A DNA stretch of 64,000 bases from a virus, in IMG/VR virus record IMGVR_UViG_3300032245_001163; one strand, given 5' to 3'. The position numbers and the translations under genes were made by a program. Below, one piece after another: positions 30,201 to 39,482 of this stretch (within the stretch, counting starts at the first letter, position 1; each line of letters begins with the position of its first letter). The notes beneath the pieces are model-generated. The model had not been told where the DNA came from, did no database searches, and saw only the letters and a list, made by a program, of their open reading frames with translations.

Positions 30201-31225
30201 TCTTGTACTTGTGCAATTTCAATAGTGCTGGCAACAAATATATTAGCACCAATGTTGATGTTTGCAGCACTGGGATTGGTACCATTGCTTTGACGCACCA
30301 CAGTGAGTGCATTGGTTGACACTGAAGTTACTGCCATGACTTCATAAACGTTGGCCGTAGCAGTTTGAGCAATAACATAAGTACCAGCTACAATACCAGC
30401 GCCTGCTGCTGATGTTACATTGACTGTGGTAGTAGCATTACTGGTAATATTTGCCACTGCAACGGTGGTTCCGCCTGTGGTAGGCAACCCAATCAACATA
30501 ATATTGTCCAGCGCAGATAGACCTGTGGTTGATGCCACTGTAAATGTGCGTTCTGCTGAACTGTTGACGTTGGCAGTGAGATAACTTGACACAAATGGTG
30601 TGACGTTGCCTTGTGTTTGGCTGATCAATAATGCATAATCGTCATTAATAAACGGTGGTGTACCAGCATCTGCGGTGTTGATTGACGTGTCAACGTTGCT
30701 GGTCAGCAAGTTAGTACTACTCAACAATGTGGCATAGCCGTTGGTGTTGTAAACCAAGTCAGCACCAACATCTTCATAGAAACTAGGAATGTTGTTGATG
30801 GTTGATACGTTTTGCCATTTGGTATTTTGCAAGCCATATTCAAAGTCGGCGTCAATCAATGATTCTGGGTTGCTGGTTCTTGCACGACCGATAGCATCTA
30901 ATCCAAACTCCCATGGTTGTGTGCTGATGTTGCGATCTTCCACATAGATGGCCAGTTTGTCATTGGCGCTCAATGTGGATGTGTCCAGGTCCAGGTTCAG
31001 TGTGGTTACCCCTGCATAAGCGTTGGGCAATCCAGGGATGGTACCTGTGCTAAAACTCACTGTGCCACCTTGTGTGGGTGCTCCAAAGTTGTAGATTGAC
31101 GTATTGGTTGTGGTATCGTATATGGCCAAAAAGTCCTCCAGGTTGATACGATCCTGGACTTGTACAGTACCTAGACCTGCTGTGCCTGGTGTGAATACGT
31201 ACTCGTATATTCTTTTTCTTGCCAT
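27269..31225 (-). CDS. Large virion structural/fibre-associated protein
   Basis: 1318 aa, Thr/Gly/Asn-rich beta domains, LIDADFEYGLQ and FRYQSGKG motifs, within the fibre cluster. Confidence 0.75.
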   Translation of the reverse strand: MARKRIYEYVFTPGTAGLGTVQVQDRINLEDFLAIYDTTTNTSIYNFGAPTQGGTVSFSTGTIPGLPNAYAGVTTLNLDLDTSTLSANDKLAIYVEDRNISTQPWEFGLDAIGRARTSNPESLIDADFEYGLQNTKWQNVSTINNIPSFYEDVGADLVYNTNGYATLLSSTNLLTSNVDTSINTADAGTPPFINDDYALLISQTQGNVTPFVSSYLTANVNSSAERTFTVASTTGLSALDNIMLIGLPTTGGTTVAVANITSNATTTVNVTSAAGAGIVAGTYVIAQTATANVYEVMAVTSVSTNALTVVRQSNGTNPSAANINIGANIFVASTIEIAQVQEVTDGTTLQLNRGWYNIPAANTFPTGTVFQKLSSNVELVKMTTASTAVNGTQTISRTQFNTTALTTAGIGSPLIRMTGLFYGGSNVIPTVTVNVTDTPLDANEYVSLQNTSATNAEGINIVFLGETNNFAYYPRRALNVAAGYPINQTDTAVRQAFPYSGADLDVVSVASDGGNPSIITITTQYAHGLFPGCPITVDMTSGTNASYAEGSFIVNAIPSTTTFQFTARAGAVVSGSLAATVNVRSNAVFQSRPFDGGVLMGPGTPTRGASATRVTKKYFRYQSGKGILFSTGTVLAPTLDVSSVTSSGTAINSNITITTDLEHGLNAGATIALSGITTSGYDDTGYVVTSITSDTAFVVQAQNVLGSATPVLGQQPRINVTGWSGSCIRAGLFDDQNGLFWENNGVSVNAVQRTSTFQTAGLVNVSVGSNLVTGDGTCRFQDQLNVGDVVVIRGMTHSVASITNNNRMTVVPTFRGVANQTRVKMALRNEIRVRQADFNIDPLDGTGASGFNLDASKMQMYALEYSWYGAGTVIWMLRGQDGKFNWAHRRPNNNISNEAYMRSGNLPARYEAINETPVNSLNGAITDSQTTITLRDATDYPPASVTYPSYVMIDSEVIKYSGKNGNDLTGCTRAATFTQWAEGQSRSYTSSAATAHADNAGVILISNTCVPLVSHWGSAVIMDGNFNGDEGFSFTYNRSNYGLPATTGASQTAFLMRLAPSVSNSVIGDLGQRDLINRAQLTLETLTVNVSAGRYLVTGILNPNNIDSANTAWAGLNNAGGGFQPSFTQFAVAPRYSNESTGGVQAAPLNTVGGFQRSGVMTSAGAIRTYSGLGLTNVSSSGSGANVTITLQALKTVYSTTTTAVSVQNPGSGYAVGDTVKILGTSLGGATPANDLNLTVAAVSADVTGGERLFAIPIQATGVNNLDLTQIKQIGQSSIPGTGTYPNGPEVLAVVITALSTQSAPVGEIQLSFQESQA

Positions 31226-31228
31226 TTC

Positions 31229-31621
31229 TTAAACTCCAAATATGATTTGATTTGCTGTCAACGTTGCTTGAGTGTTGACACTGAACCGGTCGTAATTAAT
31301 TGTACCCGGTGCGATTTTGCTGTTGGTAACAGTGGCATCGCTGGGTGTGCCTGTATATAGCGTGTCTCCAAACAGCAAGCCAAAGAATGGAGTCAGTGCT
31401 GCTGGAGGTGTTGCAAAACTGATCTGTGATCCTGATATGGAAAAGTTAACCCCAGGATTTAATATCACATTGTTCAAACTCACCATCATGGCATAAGCAG
31501 TAGGTGGATTAAATGGCACACCACTGATATTAATGTCAAAGGTCTGTTGGGTGCCATCAAACACCAGGTTGTCCATCTTACGATATTGACCAATCTGCGG
31601 AGTATTACCTAGGTATGCCAT
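31229..31621 (-). CDS. Small fibre adaptor-like virion protein
   Basis: MAYLGNTP...FDGTQQTF...FATPP domain, similar to the N-terminus of 31631..34846. Confidence 0.65.
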   Translation of the reverse strand: MAYLGNTPQIGQYRKMDNLVFDGTQQTFDINISGVPFNPPTAYAMMVSLNNVILNPGVNFSISGSQISFATPPAALTPFFGLLFGDTLYTGTPSDATVTNSKIAPGTINYDRFSVNTQATLTANQIIFGV

Positions 31622-31630
31622 ATGTTATCC

Positions 31631-34600
31631 TTACATTCTTCCAACAACAATTTCAATCACGCCTTGACCACCTGGGTGATCTTGCAAGGCTTTGCCAATC
31701 ACCGATCCCATTTTGGGTTCCGCACAGGCCATTGCTCTACCACCGCCACCGGTGATCATCATATCGCCTTTTTTCACTGTGCCAACTACTAGTGTGGGCA
31801 CACGGCCGGTCAATGCCACGGCTGCTGTGTGAGCTGCTTCAAGTCCGGCATTCATAATGTGTGCAGGATTGGTTGACACTACCCCTGCTACACGAGTATC
31901 GCCAATACGAATGGCTTGAGTAACTTCTCGATCGCCACCAAATATCAACACAGTACCTGGTGCATAATCAGCATCTGCTTCGTACCATTCTGCCAAGTCG
32001 GCGTATTGTGCCGATGTTGCCTTGGCAAACACAGTGTTGAAATAAGTTGTTGAATTACCAATGTTGCCAACACCATTGCCGTTGGCATTAATGATATTGC
32101 CCAGAGTCACGGTGCCAGTTGATACTGTCAAACTTGTACCTGTAATGGCAGCACCAGTAATTGCACCAGTGGCGCTGATCAATCCGCCAGTTAATAAGTT
32201 GCCACCGGTGATATTGGCAGTTACTGCCAAACTGCCCAGCGTACCAACACTGGTGATGTTTGTTTGCGAGGCCGTGGTCAATGTACCTACAATGCTGGTT
32301 CCTGCCAAATTGCCACCTGCAATATTACCTGTGGCCGACACAATGCCGGTAGTGATCAAATTGCCACCGGTAATGTTGGCTGTGGTTGAGATGCCTGAAA
32401 TTACATTACCACTCAAACTCAAGCTCACTGCATTTAAATTGCCGGCGCTGACGTTGGATGTTGCTATGACATTGCCTGTGGCGCTGATTGTAGCAGATTG
32501 TACCAAAGTAGTCACCAGCACATTGCCGCCTGCTACATTAGCCGAAGATGTTATATTACCAGTGGCTGTGATCAGCCCTGCGGTGGCAATATTACCACCT
32601 GTGATATTACCAGTACCAGAAATCAAACCGCCGGTTAACACATTGCCACCAGTGACGTTGCCTGCTGCAATAACTGTAGCACTAGCACTGACTGAGGCAG
32701 CACTGATTGCACCTGCTGTGATTATGTTGCCACCAACCACGTTGGCTGTGGCTGTGAAACTTGTGGATGATATAACGTTGGCGCCAGTGATGTTGCCACT
32801 GGGACCAGATGTGTTGATATTAGCACCAGTGATATTACCAGCCACTGACAATGCTGTGCCCGATGTGTTGGCCACTGCTACCACTGTGGCAGTATTGAAT
32901 GTTACTGTGCCTGCGGCTGTGGTTGCACTAGCAGGACCAATATCAATGATTGTAGTTGATCCAGCAGCACCGTTTTCACCAATTTGAATGATTTTTGTGT
33001 TGCCAGAGCCTGTAATGCCATGGCCAATGTTTATGGTTTGTGGGTATGTGCTTTGCCCAATTAAAATTGTACCAGTCTGTGCTGTGCCGCCAACAGTGAC
33101 ATTGCCTGTGGTCTGGCTGGTACCAAGGTTGATGTTTTGTGCGGTGCCTGTGAATGCAACATTGCCGGCCACGCCCAAGTTTCCAGTTGCGCCAACCCAG
33201 CCAGAGATGTTTGCACCCAATGTGCTAAACACTGCTACGTTTGATGTACCACCAATGCCAACTGCGACATTGCCGCCTGAACTTACTACCCGAACATTAC
33301 TAGTACCAAATTGAATACTAGTAGCATCAATGCCAGTAAGTGCAGCACCGTTACCTATGAAGAAACTGCCAGTAACATTACCAGTGGCACTAACCTGACC
33401 CGCAGTGAATATGTTACCGCCGGTGATATCACCAACAGCAGAAATTAATCCGCCAGCAGTGACATCAGTAGTTGCACTAAAATTATTGCCATAAACGTCA
33501 CCAGCAGCCGAAACAATGCCGTTGGTTCTCAAACTGCCACCAACTACACTGCCTGAAGTACTGACAGCAGTGGTACCAATAACATTACCACCTGTGACAT
33601 TTCCCACAGAACTAACCGCACCACCAACCAATACGTTGCCTGCTGAAACATTGCCTGCTGATGTGACGTTGCCTGTGGCTGTGATTACACCCACGGTTGA
33701 AACATTGCCAGCAATGACATTGCCGGTGGCGCTGACTGTAGTTGAGGCTGCCACTGCTCCAACTACACTGATACCACCAGACCATACATTGGCAATTTGT
33801 GTGCCATTCACCAGCATGTTGACATTGGCATTGACTGCGGCAATGGTTACTTCAGAGTTGGAATTAAAAATTCTTGTGCTAGATGTTGAAATACCTGTAA
33901 GTGCCGCACCATTGCCAACAAAATATGTGGCATTGACATTGCCTGTGGCGCTCAAATTGGCCAGAATTAAATCAGTGTATTGGAAGCTAGGATCTGTGGT
34001 GTCAACTGTTGTAGTAGGTTGTGTCAACAAGTTGGTGAACAACTTGTACTTGGCATCTGTTATGTCACGAAAATATCCACTGTAACGAATGTTGGCGCCA
34101 TCATAAAACTGTGTGATAACACCCGAATCATAGGTGTCGCCTGGATTGTTGTTGGCCAAGAAAATAAACGGATCAGTCACAGCCAGGCTGTCTGTGCCGG
34201 TGGTAGTGAATGTTCCGTTGACTGTGAAATCGCCCACACAAGTGATGTCTCCGCCCACATTCAAATTGCCTGTTACACCCACCCCACCAGCAGTTTTAAA
34301 ACTGCCAGTTGATACACTGGTACTTTCAGTAGTATCAACAATGGCAACTCTTCCGCCAATATTGACATTGCCGTCAATTCCTGCACCACCATCCACAATC
34401 AGCGCACCTGTGTCTGTGCTGATTGATATGGCATTGGCCATGAACGTGGCACGATTGGTACCACTCACTGTCACACTCATTGATGACGCATTGGCCCAGT
34501 ACAGGCCAGTGTTGTTTGCAGCCAGGCTCACCACACTGGGGGTGGCCACGGTGCCTGCATTAAACACTGATGCTGACAAATTCAAACTGTTGAGTGCACC

Positions 34601-34846
34601 GCCACGATAAGTCACAGTGATGTTGTTTGCTCCGGCACCGGGTGCAGAAGTAAATTGTAAACTCACGTTGCCAGCAATGTAATCTGTAAATGGTCTTTGC
34701 AATGTACTGCCAATCATCACGTCCAGGTCAGACGCTGTCGCTACTGATCTAGCCAAGGTGAATTGTGTGGCCACCGCATTGCCGCTGAATGTTTGAGTAC
34801 TAGTATTCAGCAGCGGTGTGTTGGGTTGAAGACCAAGGTAACTCAT
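31631..34846 (-). CDS. Tail fibre with GNxxGGN repeats and C-terminal intramolecular chaperone/autoprotease-like domain
   Basis: Repeats; C-terminal YADLAEWY...GVVSTNPA...VALTGRVP...IGKAL. Confidence 0.8.
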   Translation of the reverse strand: MSYLGLQPNTPLLNTSTQTFSGNAVATQFTLARSVATASDLDVMIGSTLQRPFTDYIAGNVSLQFTSAPGAGANNITVTYRGGALNSLNLSASVFNAGTVATPSVVSLAANNTGLYWANASSMSVTVSGTNRATFMANAISISTDTGALIVDGGAGIDGNVNIGGRVAIVDTTESTSVSTGSFKTAGGVGVTGNLNVGGDITCVGDFTVNGTFTTTGTDSLAVTDPFIFLANNNPGDTYDSGVITQFYDGANIRYSGYFRDITDAKYKLFTNLLTQPTTTVDTTDPSFQYTDLILANLSATGNVNATYFVGNGAALTGISTSSTRIFNSNSEVTIAAVNANVNMLVNGTQIANVWSGGISVVGAVAASTTVSATGNVIAGNVSTVGVITATGNVTSAGNVSAGNVLVGGAVSSVGNVTGGNVIGTTAVSTSGSVVGGSLRTNGIVSAAGDVYGNNFSATTDVTAGGLISAVGDITGGNIFTAGQVSATGNVTGSFFIGNGAALTGIDATSIQFGTSNVRVVSSGGNVAVGIGGTSNVAVFSTLGANISGWVGATGNLGVAGNVAFTGTAQNINLGTSQTTGNVTVGGTAQTGTILIGQSTYPQTINIGHGITGSGNTKIIQIGENGAAGSTTIIDIGPASATTAAGTVTFNTATVVAVANTSGTALSVAGNITGANINTSGPSGNITGANVISSTSFTATANVVGGNIITAGAISAASVSASATVIAAGNVTGGNVLTGGLISGTGNITGGNIATAGLITATGNITSSANVAGGNVLVTTLVQSATISATGNVIATSNVSAGNLNAVSLSLSGNVISGISTTANITGGNLITTGIVSATGNIAGGNLAGTSIVGTLTTASQTNITSVGTLGSLAVTANITGGNLLTGGLISATGAITGAAITGTSLTVSTGTVTLGNIINANGNGVGNIGNSTTYFNTVFAKATSAQYADLAEWYEADADYAPGTVLIFGGDREVTQAIRIGDTRVAGVVSTNPAHIMNAGLEAAHTAAVALTGRVPTLVVGTVKKGDMMITGGGGRAMACAEPKMGSVIGKALQDHPGGQGVIEIVVGRM

Positions 34847-35178
34847 TAGGTGATTTCCATTATGCTCAAAATTGCATCAATGCTAGTGGCAGCACTGCTT
34901 TGCACGTACATCTTGTCCCCGGTAATCATCACAATCTTTTGATCTCCACCAATGGGAATCAACGAAGCCCCAGAGCTAATAGGTGCATTGGCCACAATAT
35001 AAGTGTTGGCTGTAGCATTGGCCAAAAACACATTGGCTGTGATTGCACTGCCTGTGGTATTGGTACAAGTCAATCCAATCACGATAGTGGTTGTAGACGC
35101 TGGAACTGTGTAATTGCCAATTATGCCAGGGCTTGCGCCAACATTTTGTGAAGTTTTTCGTGTGAAAGTATTTGCCAT
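34846..35178 (-). CDS. Small fibre-associated virion protein
   Basis: 110 aa beta-rich protein, translationally coupled between two fibre genes. Confidence 0.7.
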   Translation of the reverse strand: MANTFTRKTSQNVGASPGIIGNYTVPASTTTIVIGLTCTNTTGSAITANVFLANATANTYIVANAPISSGASLIPIGGDQKIVMITGDKMYVQSSAATSIDAILSIMEIT

Positions 35179-35181
35179 TTG

Positions 35182-38100
35182 TTATCCTAATGCTATTGCC
35201 AGTGCAGCCGCGTCATCTATTGTGGCTACTCTAGCGTTGTTGATATTTATCGTGCTAGTAGCGTTGATATTATTGGCATTGACATTGGCCGTTGTTGTTA
35301 TGTTTGCAGTTAAATTGATTGCGCCAATCACATTGCCACTTAGGCTTAATCCTACTGCGTTTAAATTGCCACCAACAATGTTGCCTGTGGCTGATACCAG
35401 TCCTGCAGTGTTGATATTTCCGCCAACAACATTGGCTGTGACAGAGAGACTGCTTAGGGTGCCCACTGATGTGATATTTGTTTGTGCGGCTGTGGTCAAC
35501 GTGCCAACAATGTTGGTACCTGACAAGTTGCCACCAATAATGTTGCCAACTGCTGAAACCAATCCCACGGTGTTGATATTACCACCACTCACATTGCCGA
35601 CTGCTACTACTTGAGCACCAGTATTTAAATTGCCGCCAGTGACGTTGCCTGTGGCAGTAATCAATCCTGCAGTTGAAATGTTACCGCCAACAACATTGGC
35701 TGTAGCACTTACTGTAAGACCCTGCACTAATGCGGCTGTGATCAAGTTACCACCAGTGATGTTGCCAGTGGATGTGATCAATCCTGCTGTGTTAACATTG
35801 CCACCTATAACGTTACCAGTAATGCTGACAACACCACCTGAGTTAATATTACCACCTGTGACGTTGCCTGTTGCCGAAACTAATCCTCCTGTGGTAACAT
35901 TTGCACCAACCACATTGCCACCTGAACTGATCAATGACGTGGCTAAAATGTTACCGCCACCAATGTTGCCAATTGTGGTTGAGATATTGCCAGTGATTGT
36001 GGCTTTGCCTCCCACAGTCAAATCACCGCCATTTGTGGTTGTTACTGCACCGCCTACTGTGAGTGCATTGGCAGCAAAATCGTATATCAACCCTGAATCG
36101 CCGGACACTGCCCCGTTGCGGTCAAACAGCACCTGACTGTTGGCAGTGCTCAGTGAAAAACTACCAACTAGGTTACCAAAAAAGTATTGGCCAAAAATAT
36201 TGCCTGCGGCTGAAACATTGCCTGCGGCTGAAATCAGTGCACCAGAAACAATGTTGCCAGTAGCAGTTACCAAACCTGCAGTGCTGATATTGCCACCAAT
36301 TATATTGCCTGCCACGGTTGCTAGACCAGCAGTGATCAAATTACCACCAGTGACATTGGCTGTGGCGCTTACTTGTCCTACAGTAGTAATATTTCCGCCA
36401 GTGACATTGCCAGTGATGATTGCAACACCGCCTGAGTTAATATTACCACCAGTGATGTTGGCTGTGGCACTTACTTGTCCTGCGGTGTTAATATTGCCGC
36501 CTGCTACATTGGCTGTGGCAACTACAGATACAGCACTGACCGCTGCAATAGAGATGATGTTGCCGCCAGTGACGTTGCCTGTTGAACTGATCAGTCCAGG
36601 AGTTGTAACATTGCCCCCTGCAATGTTTCCTGTGACATTGAGTGTAGACACAACATTGCTTGACAAACTCAGCCCAGCAGCATTTAAGTTGCCGCCGGTG
36701 ATGTTGCCTGTTACTGAGACTGTGGCACCTGTGTGTGTTGTAGCATTGACATTGGCACCACCCATGATGTTGCCACCGGTGATGTTGCCAGACGCACTTA
36801 CACTAACTGCGCTTACTGCGGCCAGTGAAATTACATTGCCACCAGTTATGTTGCCAACTGATGTCACTGCGCCTGCGGTAACAATGTTGCCACCAGTAAT
36901 GTTGCCAGTGGCTGATACTTGAGCACCTGTAGTTAAATTGCCGCCTGACACATTGGCTGTTGTTGTCACTGCCACTGCACTCACAACACCCAATGAAATC
37001 AAATTGCCTGTGGTGATGTTGCCAGTTACGCTCAAACTTGGTAGTACACCAATGCTTGTTGCCACTACTCCGGTTAGTGCCGAACCATTTCCGACAAAAT
37101 AACTGGCTGTGATATTGCCTGTAGTGCTTACTCTAGCGCCTTCAAGGTTACCAACCACAAAGTTACCATAGTTGTTTACAGTAACTACTTCACTGGCAAC
37201 GCTAACATCAGTTGCAGCAAACATCTTTCCAGAAGAGTCTTTGAATCCAACAAATGCTTGTTTTTCAGAGCCACTGTAATACCATAGATCAGTGCCTCGA
37301 TCTTTGCCATCGTTGGACACAAGAGGTGTATTGTTAGCGCCGCGCCCTAATCCAATGATAGGATCTTCAACATTGAAACTGCTGACATTGTTATAACTGA
37401 TATCGCCATTGACAATTAGATTACCGCCCACTAGAACATTACCAGTAGTATTCACTGAAGCTGCCAACACTGCTGCCACAGCAATGACATTGCCACCAGT
37501 GATATTGCCTGTGGCTGATATCAATCCTGGAGTTGTGACATTGCCTGCTGCTAATGTAGGAGTAACATTTAATGCACTAGTGACATTGCCGGTCAGACTC
37601 AAATTTGTTGCAGTCAGTACAGCAGACTTGACTGTGCCAACTGCTGAAAGATTACCACCAACCAAATTGCCTGTTACTGTGGCAGTGGTACCAATTAGAT
37701 TGGTACTAATTACATTACCGCCGGTTATATTGGCAGTGGTAGTAATATTGGCTGCTGAATTCAACGCAGATATAACATTGCCACTGAGACTCAATCCTGC
37801 TGCATTCAAGTTGCCGCCAATCACATTGCCTGTGGCCGTGATATTGTTAGTGGCTCTAACATCTGTGGCAGTTACTGTACCAATCACTGCACCAACTGCT
37901 ATCACATTTCCCAGAGCATGTAGATAAACACCTGTGACATTGCCCACTGAACTCACATTGTGATATGCTACAACGTTGTTGGAGATGATATTACCAGTTC
38001 CGCCGTTGATGTTGGCCACAACCAAACTGTCCAATGTACCTACTGTTCTCAAACTACTGTACAATACATTGGAACTCAATGTGTTCCCATATATCAAGGC

Positions 38101-39432
38101 CGCATTGGAATTTACTGCCAGGCCAGTGAGATAAAATCCATTGCCAACAAAATAATTGGCTGTGAGGTAGTTGACTCCAACGATGTTTCCTGCAGTTGAT
38201 ATTGACCCACTAGTCAAGATGTTGCCACCAGTGATATTACCTGTGGCTGAAACGGTGCCTGCCATAGTGGCAGATCCTGATGCGGTCAATCCAGCAATGG
38301 AAATATTGCCAGACAGCACGGCACCTGCTGCATTGACATTGCCTGTGGCTGTTAATGCACCTGTTATTGAGACCCCAGTAGTACTGGCCACCAATACATT
38401 TGATACTCCGCCAATACTGATGTTGGCATTGCCATTTGCAACAGGAATGCCAATATTGCTGGTGCCATTGGCCAATCTGGCTGATCCCATAATATCAGGG
38501 CCGCTTATAACAAATTGCCCACCCACAGGGTTGGTCAATATCAAACTGTTGTTGGTGCCAGACGTTATTATACTTTCGCCCAGTCTGATGGTATTGCCGC
38601 TCAACCACAGTGTATTCCAACGCTGAGTGGCAGAGCCTATGTTATAAACGTTGTTGCCCACAGGCAACAAGTTGCCTGCAAATGTGGTACTGACATTGCC
38701 AAATACCACAGTGTTTGCCACGCCGCGAACTGACACAGCAACATTGGCACCAGCATTATTAATAAAAACATTGCTGTTGCCGTTGACAATGCTGTTGGCA
38801 TTTCCGGTACTGATACCAGAAAGAAAGGCACCATTTCCTAAAAAGTAACTGCCTGCAATATTACCTACTGCACTGACCAATCCGCCAGTGTTGATGTTGC
38901 CGCCAGTGATATTGCTGGTGGCAGAAATTTGTCCTGCAGTTGAAAGATTTCCAACTGCTAGGTTGCCTTTGATATTTGAACTTACGTTGCCAAATACTGC
39001 TACATTGGATGTGCCATTTACACTGACTGTGACATTGCCATTTGCGCTGACAATTTTTACGTTAGATGTGCCTGAATTTATACTGGTACCAGCGGTGGTA
39101 ATGCCAGTTAATTGTGATCCATTGCCTTGAAAAAATGCAGCATAGACTGTGTCAATTCTTGCAGTGGGAGTACCAATGTCGTACACAGCGTCAATGCTGG
39201 GCACAATGGTTGAATTTGCTTGGATATTGCCTATGCCATTGGCTTTGAGCACTAGGTTGTTGTTGACACCAGTGACGGTGATGGTGTTGCCGGAGATAAC
39301 GACATTGCTGCCTACTGGGCCAGCAGTATAAATCTCAGTAAAATTTTCATTTACAGCGTTAAATGCATCGCGTAACGGTTCACCAGTGCCGTCATTTGCT
39401 GCTGCACCAATGTCAATAATCTGTTGTGCCAT
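35182..39432 (-). CDS. Long tail fibre with gp9/gp10-like baseplate-attachment N-terminus
   Basis: MAQQIIDIGAAANDGTGEPLRDAFNAVNENFTEIY; dozens of 17-aa GNITGGN repeats. Confidence 0.8.
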   Translation of the reverse strand: MAQQIIDIGAAANDGTGEPLRDAFNAVNENFTEIYTAGPVGSNVVISGNTITVTGVNNNLVLKANGIGNIQANSTIVPSIDAVYDIGTPTARIDTVYAAFFQGNGSQLTGITTAGTSINSGTSNVKIVSANGNVTVSVNGTSNVAVFGNVSSNIKGNLAVGNLSTAGQISATSNITGGNINTGGLVSAVGNIAGSYFLGNGAFLSGISTGNANSIVNGNSNVFINNAGANVAVSVRGVANTVVFGNVSTTFAGNLLPVGNNVYNIGSATQRWNTLWLSGNTIRLGESIITSGTNNSLILTNPVGGQFVISGPDIMGSARLANGTSNIGIPVANGNANISIGGVSNVLVASTTGVSITGALTATGNVNAAGAVLSGNISIAGLTASGSATMAGTVSATGNITGGNILTSGSISTAGNIVGVNYLTANYFVGNGFYLTGLAVNSNAALIYGNTLSSNVLYSSLRTVGTLDSLVVANINGGTGNIISNNVVAYHNVSSVGNVTGVYLHALGNVIAVGAVIGTVTATDVRATNNITATGNVIGGNLNAAGLSLSGNVISALNSAANITTTANITGGNVISTNLIGTTATVTGNLVGGNLSAVGTVKSAVLTATNLSLTGNVTSALNVTPTLAAGNVTTPGLISATGNITGGNVIAVAAVLAASVNTTGNVLVGGNLIVNGDISYNNVSSFNVEDPIIGLGRGANNTPLVSNDGKDRGTDLWYYSGSEKQAFVGFKDSSGKMFAATDVSVASEVVTVNNYGNFVVGNLEGARVSTTGNITASYFVGNGSALTGVVATSIGVLPSLSVTGNITTGNLISLGVVSAVAVTTTANVSGGNLTTGAQVSATGNITGGNIVTAGAVTSVGNITGGNVISLAAVSAVSVSASGNITGGNIMGGANVNATTHTGATVSVTGNITGGNLNAAGLSLSSNVVSTLNVTGNIAGGNVTTPGLISSTGNVTGGNIISIAAVSAVSVVATANVAGGNINTAGQVSATANITGGNINSGGVAIITGNVTGGNITTVGQVSATANVTGGNLITAGLATVAGNIIGGNISTAGLVTATGNIVSGALISAAGNVSAAGNIFGQYFFGNLVGSFSLSTANSQVLFDRNGAVSGDSGLIYDFAANALTVGGAVTTTNGGDLTVGGKATITGNISTTIGNIGGGNILATSLISSGGNVVGANVTTGGLVSATGNVTGGNINSGGVVSITGNVIGGNVNTAGLITSTGNITGGNLITAALVQGLTVSATANVVGGNISTAGLITATGNVTGGNLNTGAQVVAVGNVSGGNINTVGLVSAVGNIIGGNLSGTNIVGTLTTAAQTNITSVGTLSSLSVTANVVGGNINTAGLVSATGNIVGGNLNAVGLSLSGNVIGAINLTANITTTANVNANNINATSTININNARVATIDDAAALAIALG

Positions 39433-39482
39433 AGATCTACAATGTCCTCTGATGTATTTACCAAAAGGACTTGTTTGCTATT

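Noticed and set aside
35182-39432. Periodic ttgccacc/ttgcctgtggc repeats resembling a CRISPR array or DGR template
   Set aside because: 51-bp in-frame coding repeats that vary at wobble positions; no unique spacers, cas genes or reverse transcriptase in the window
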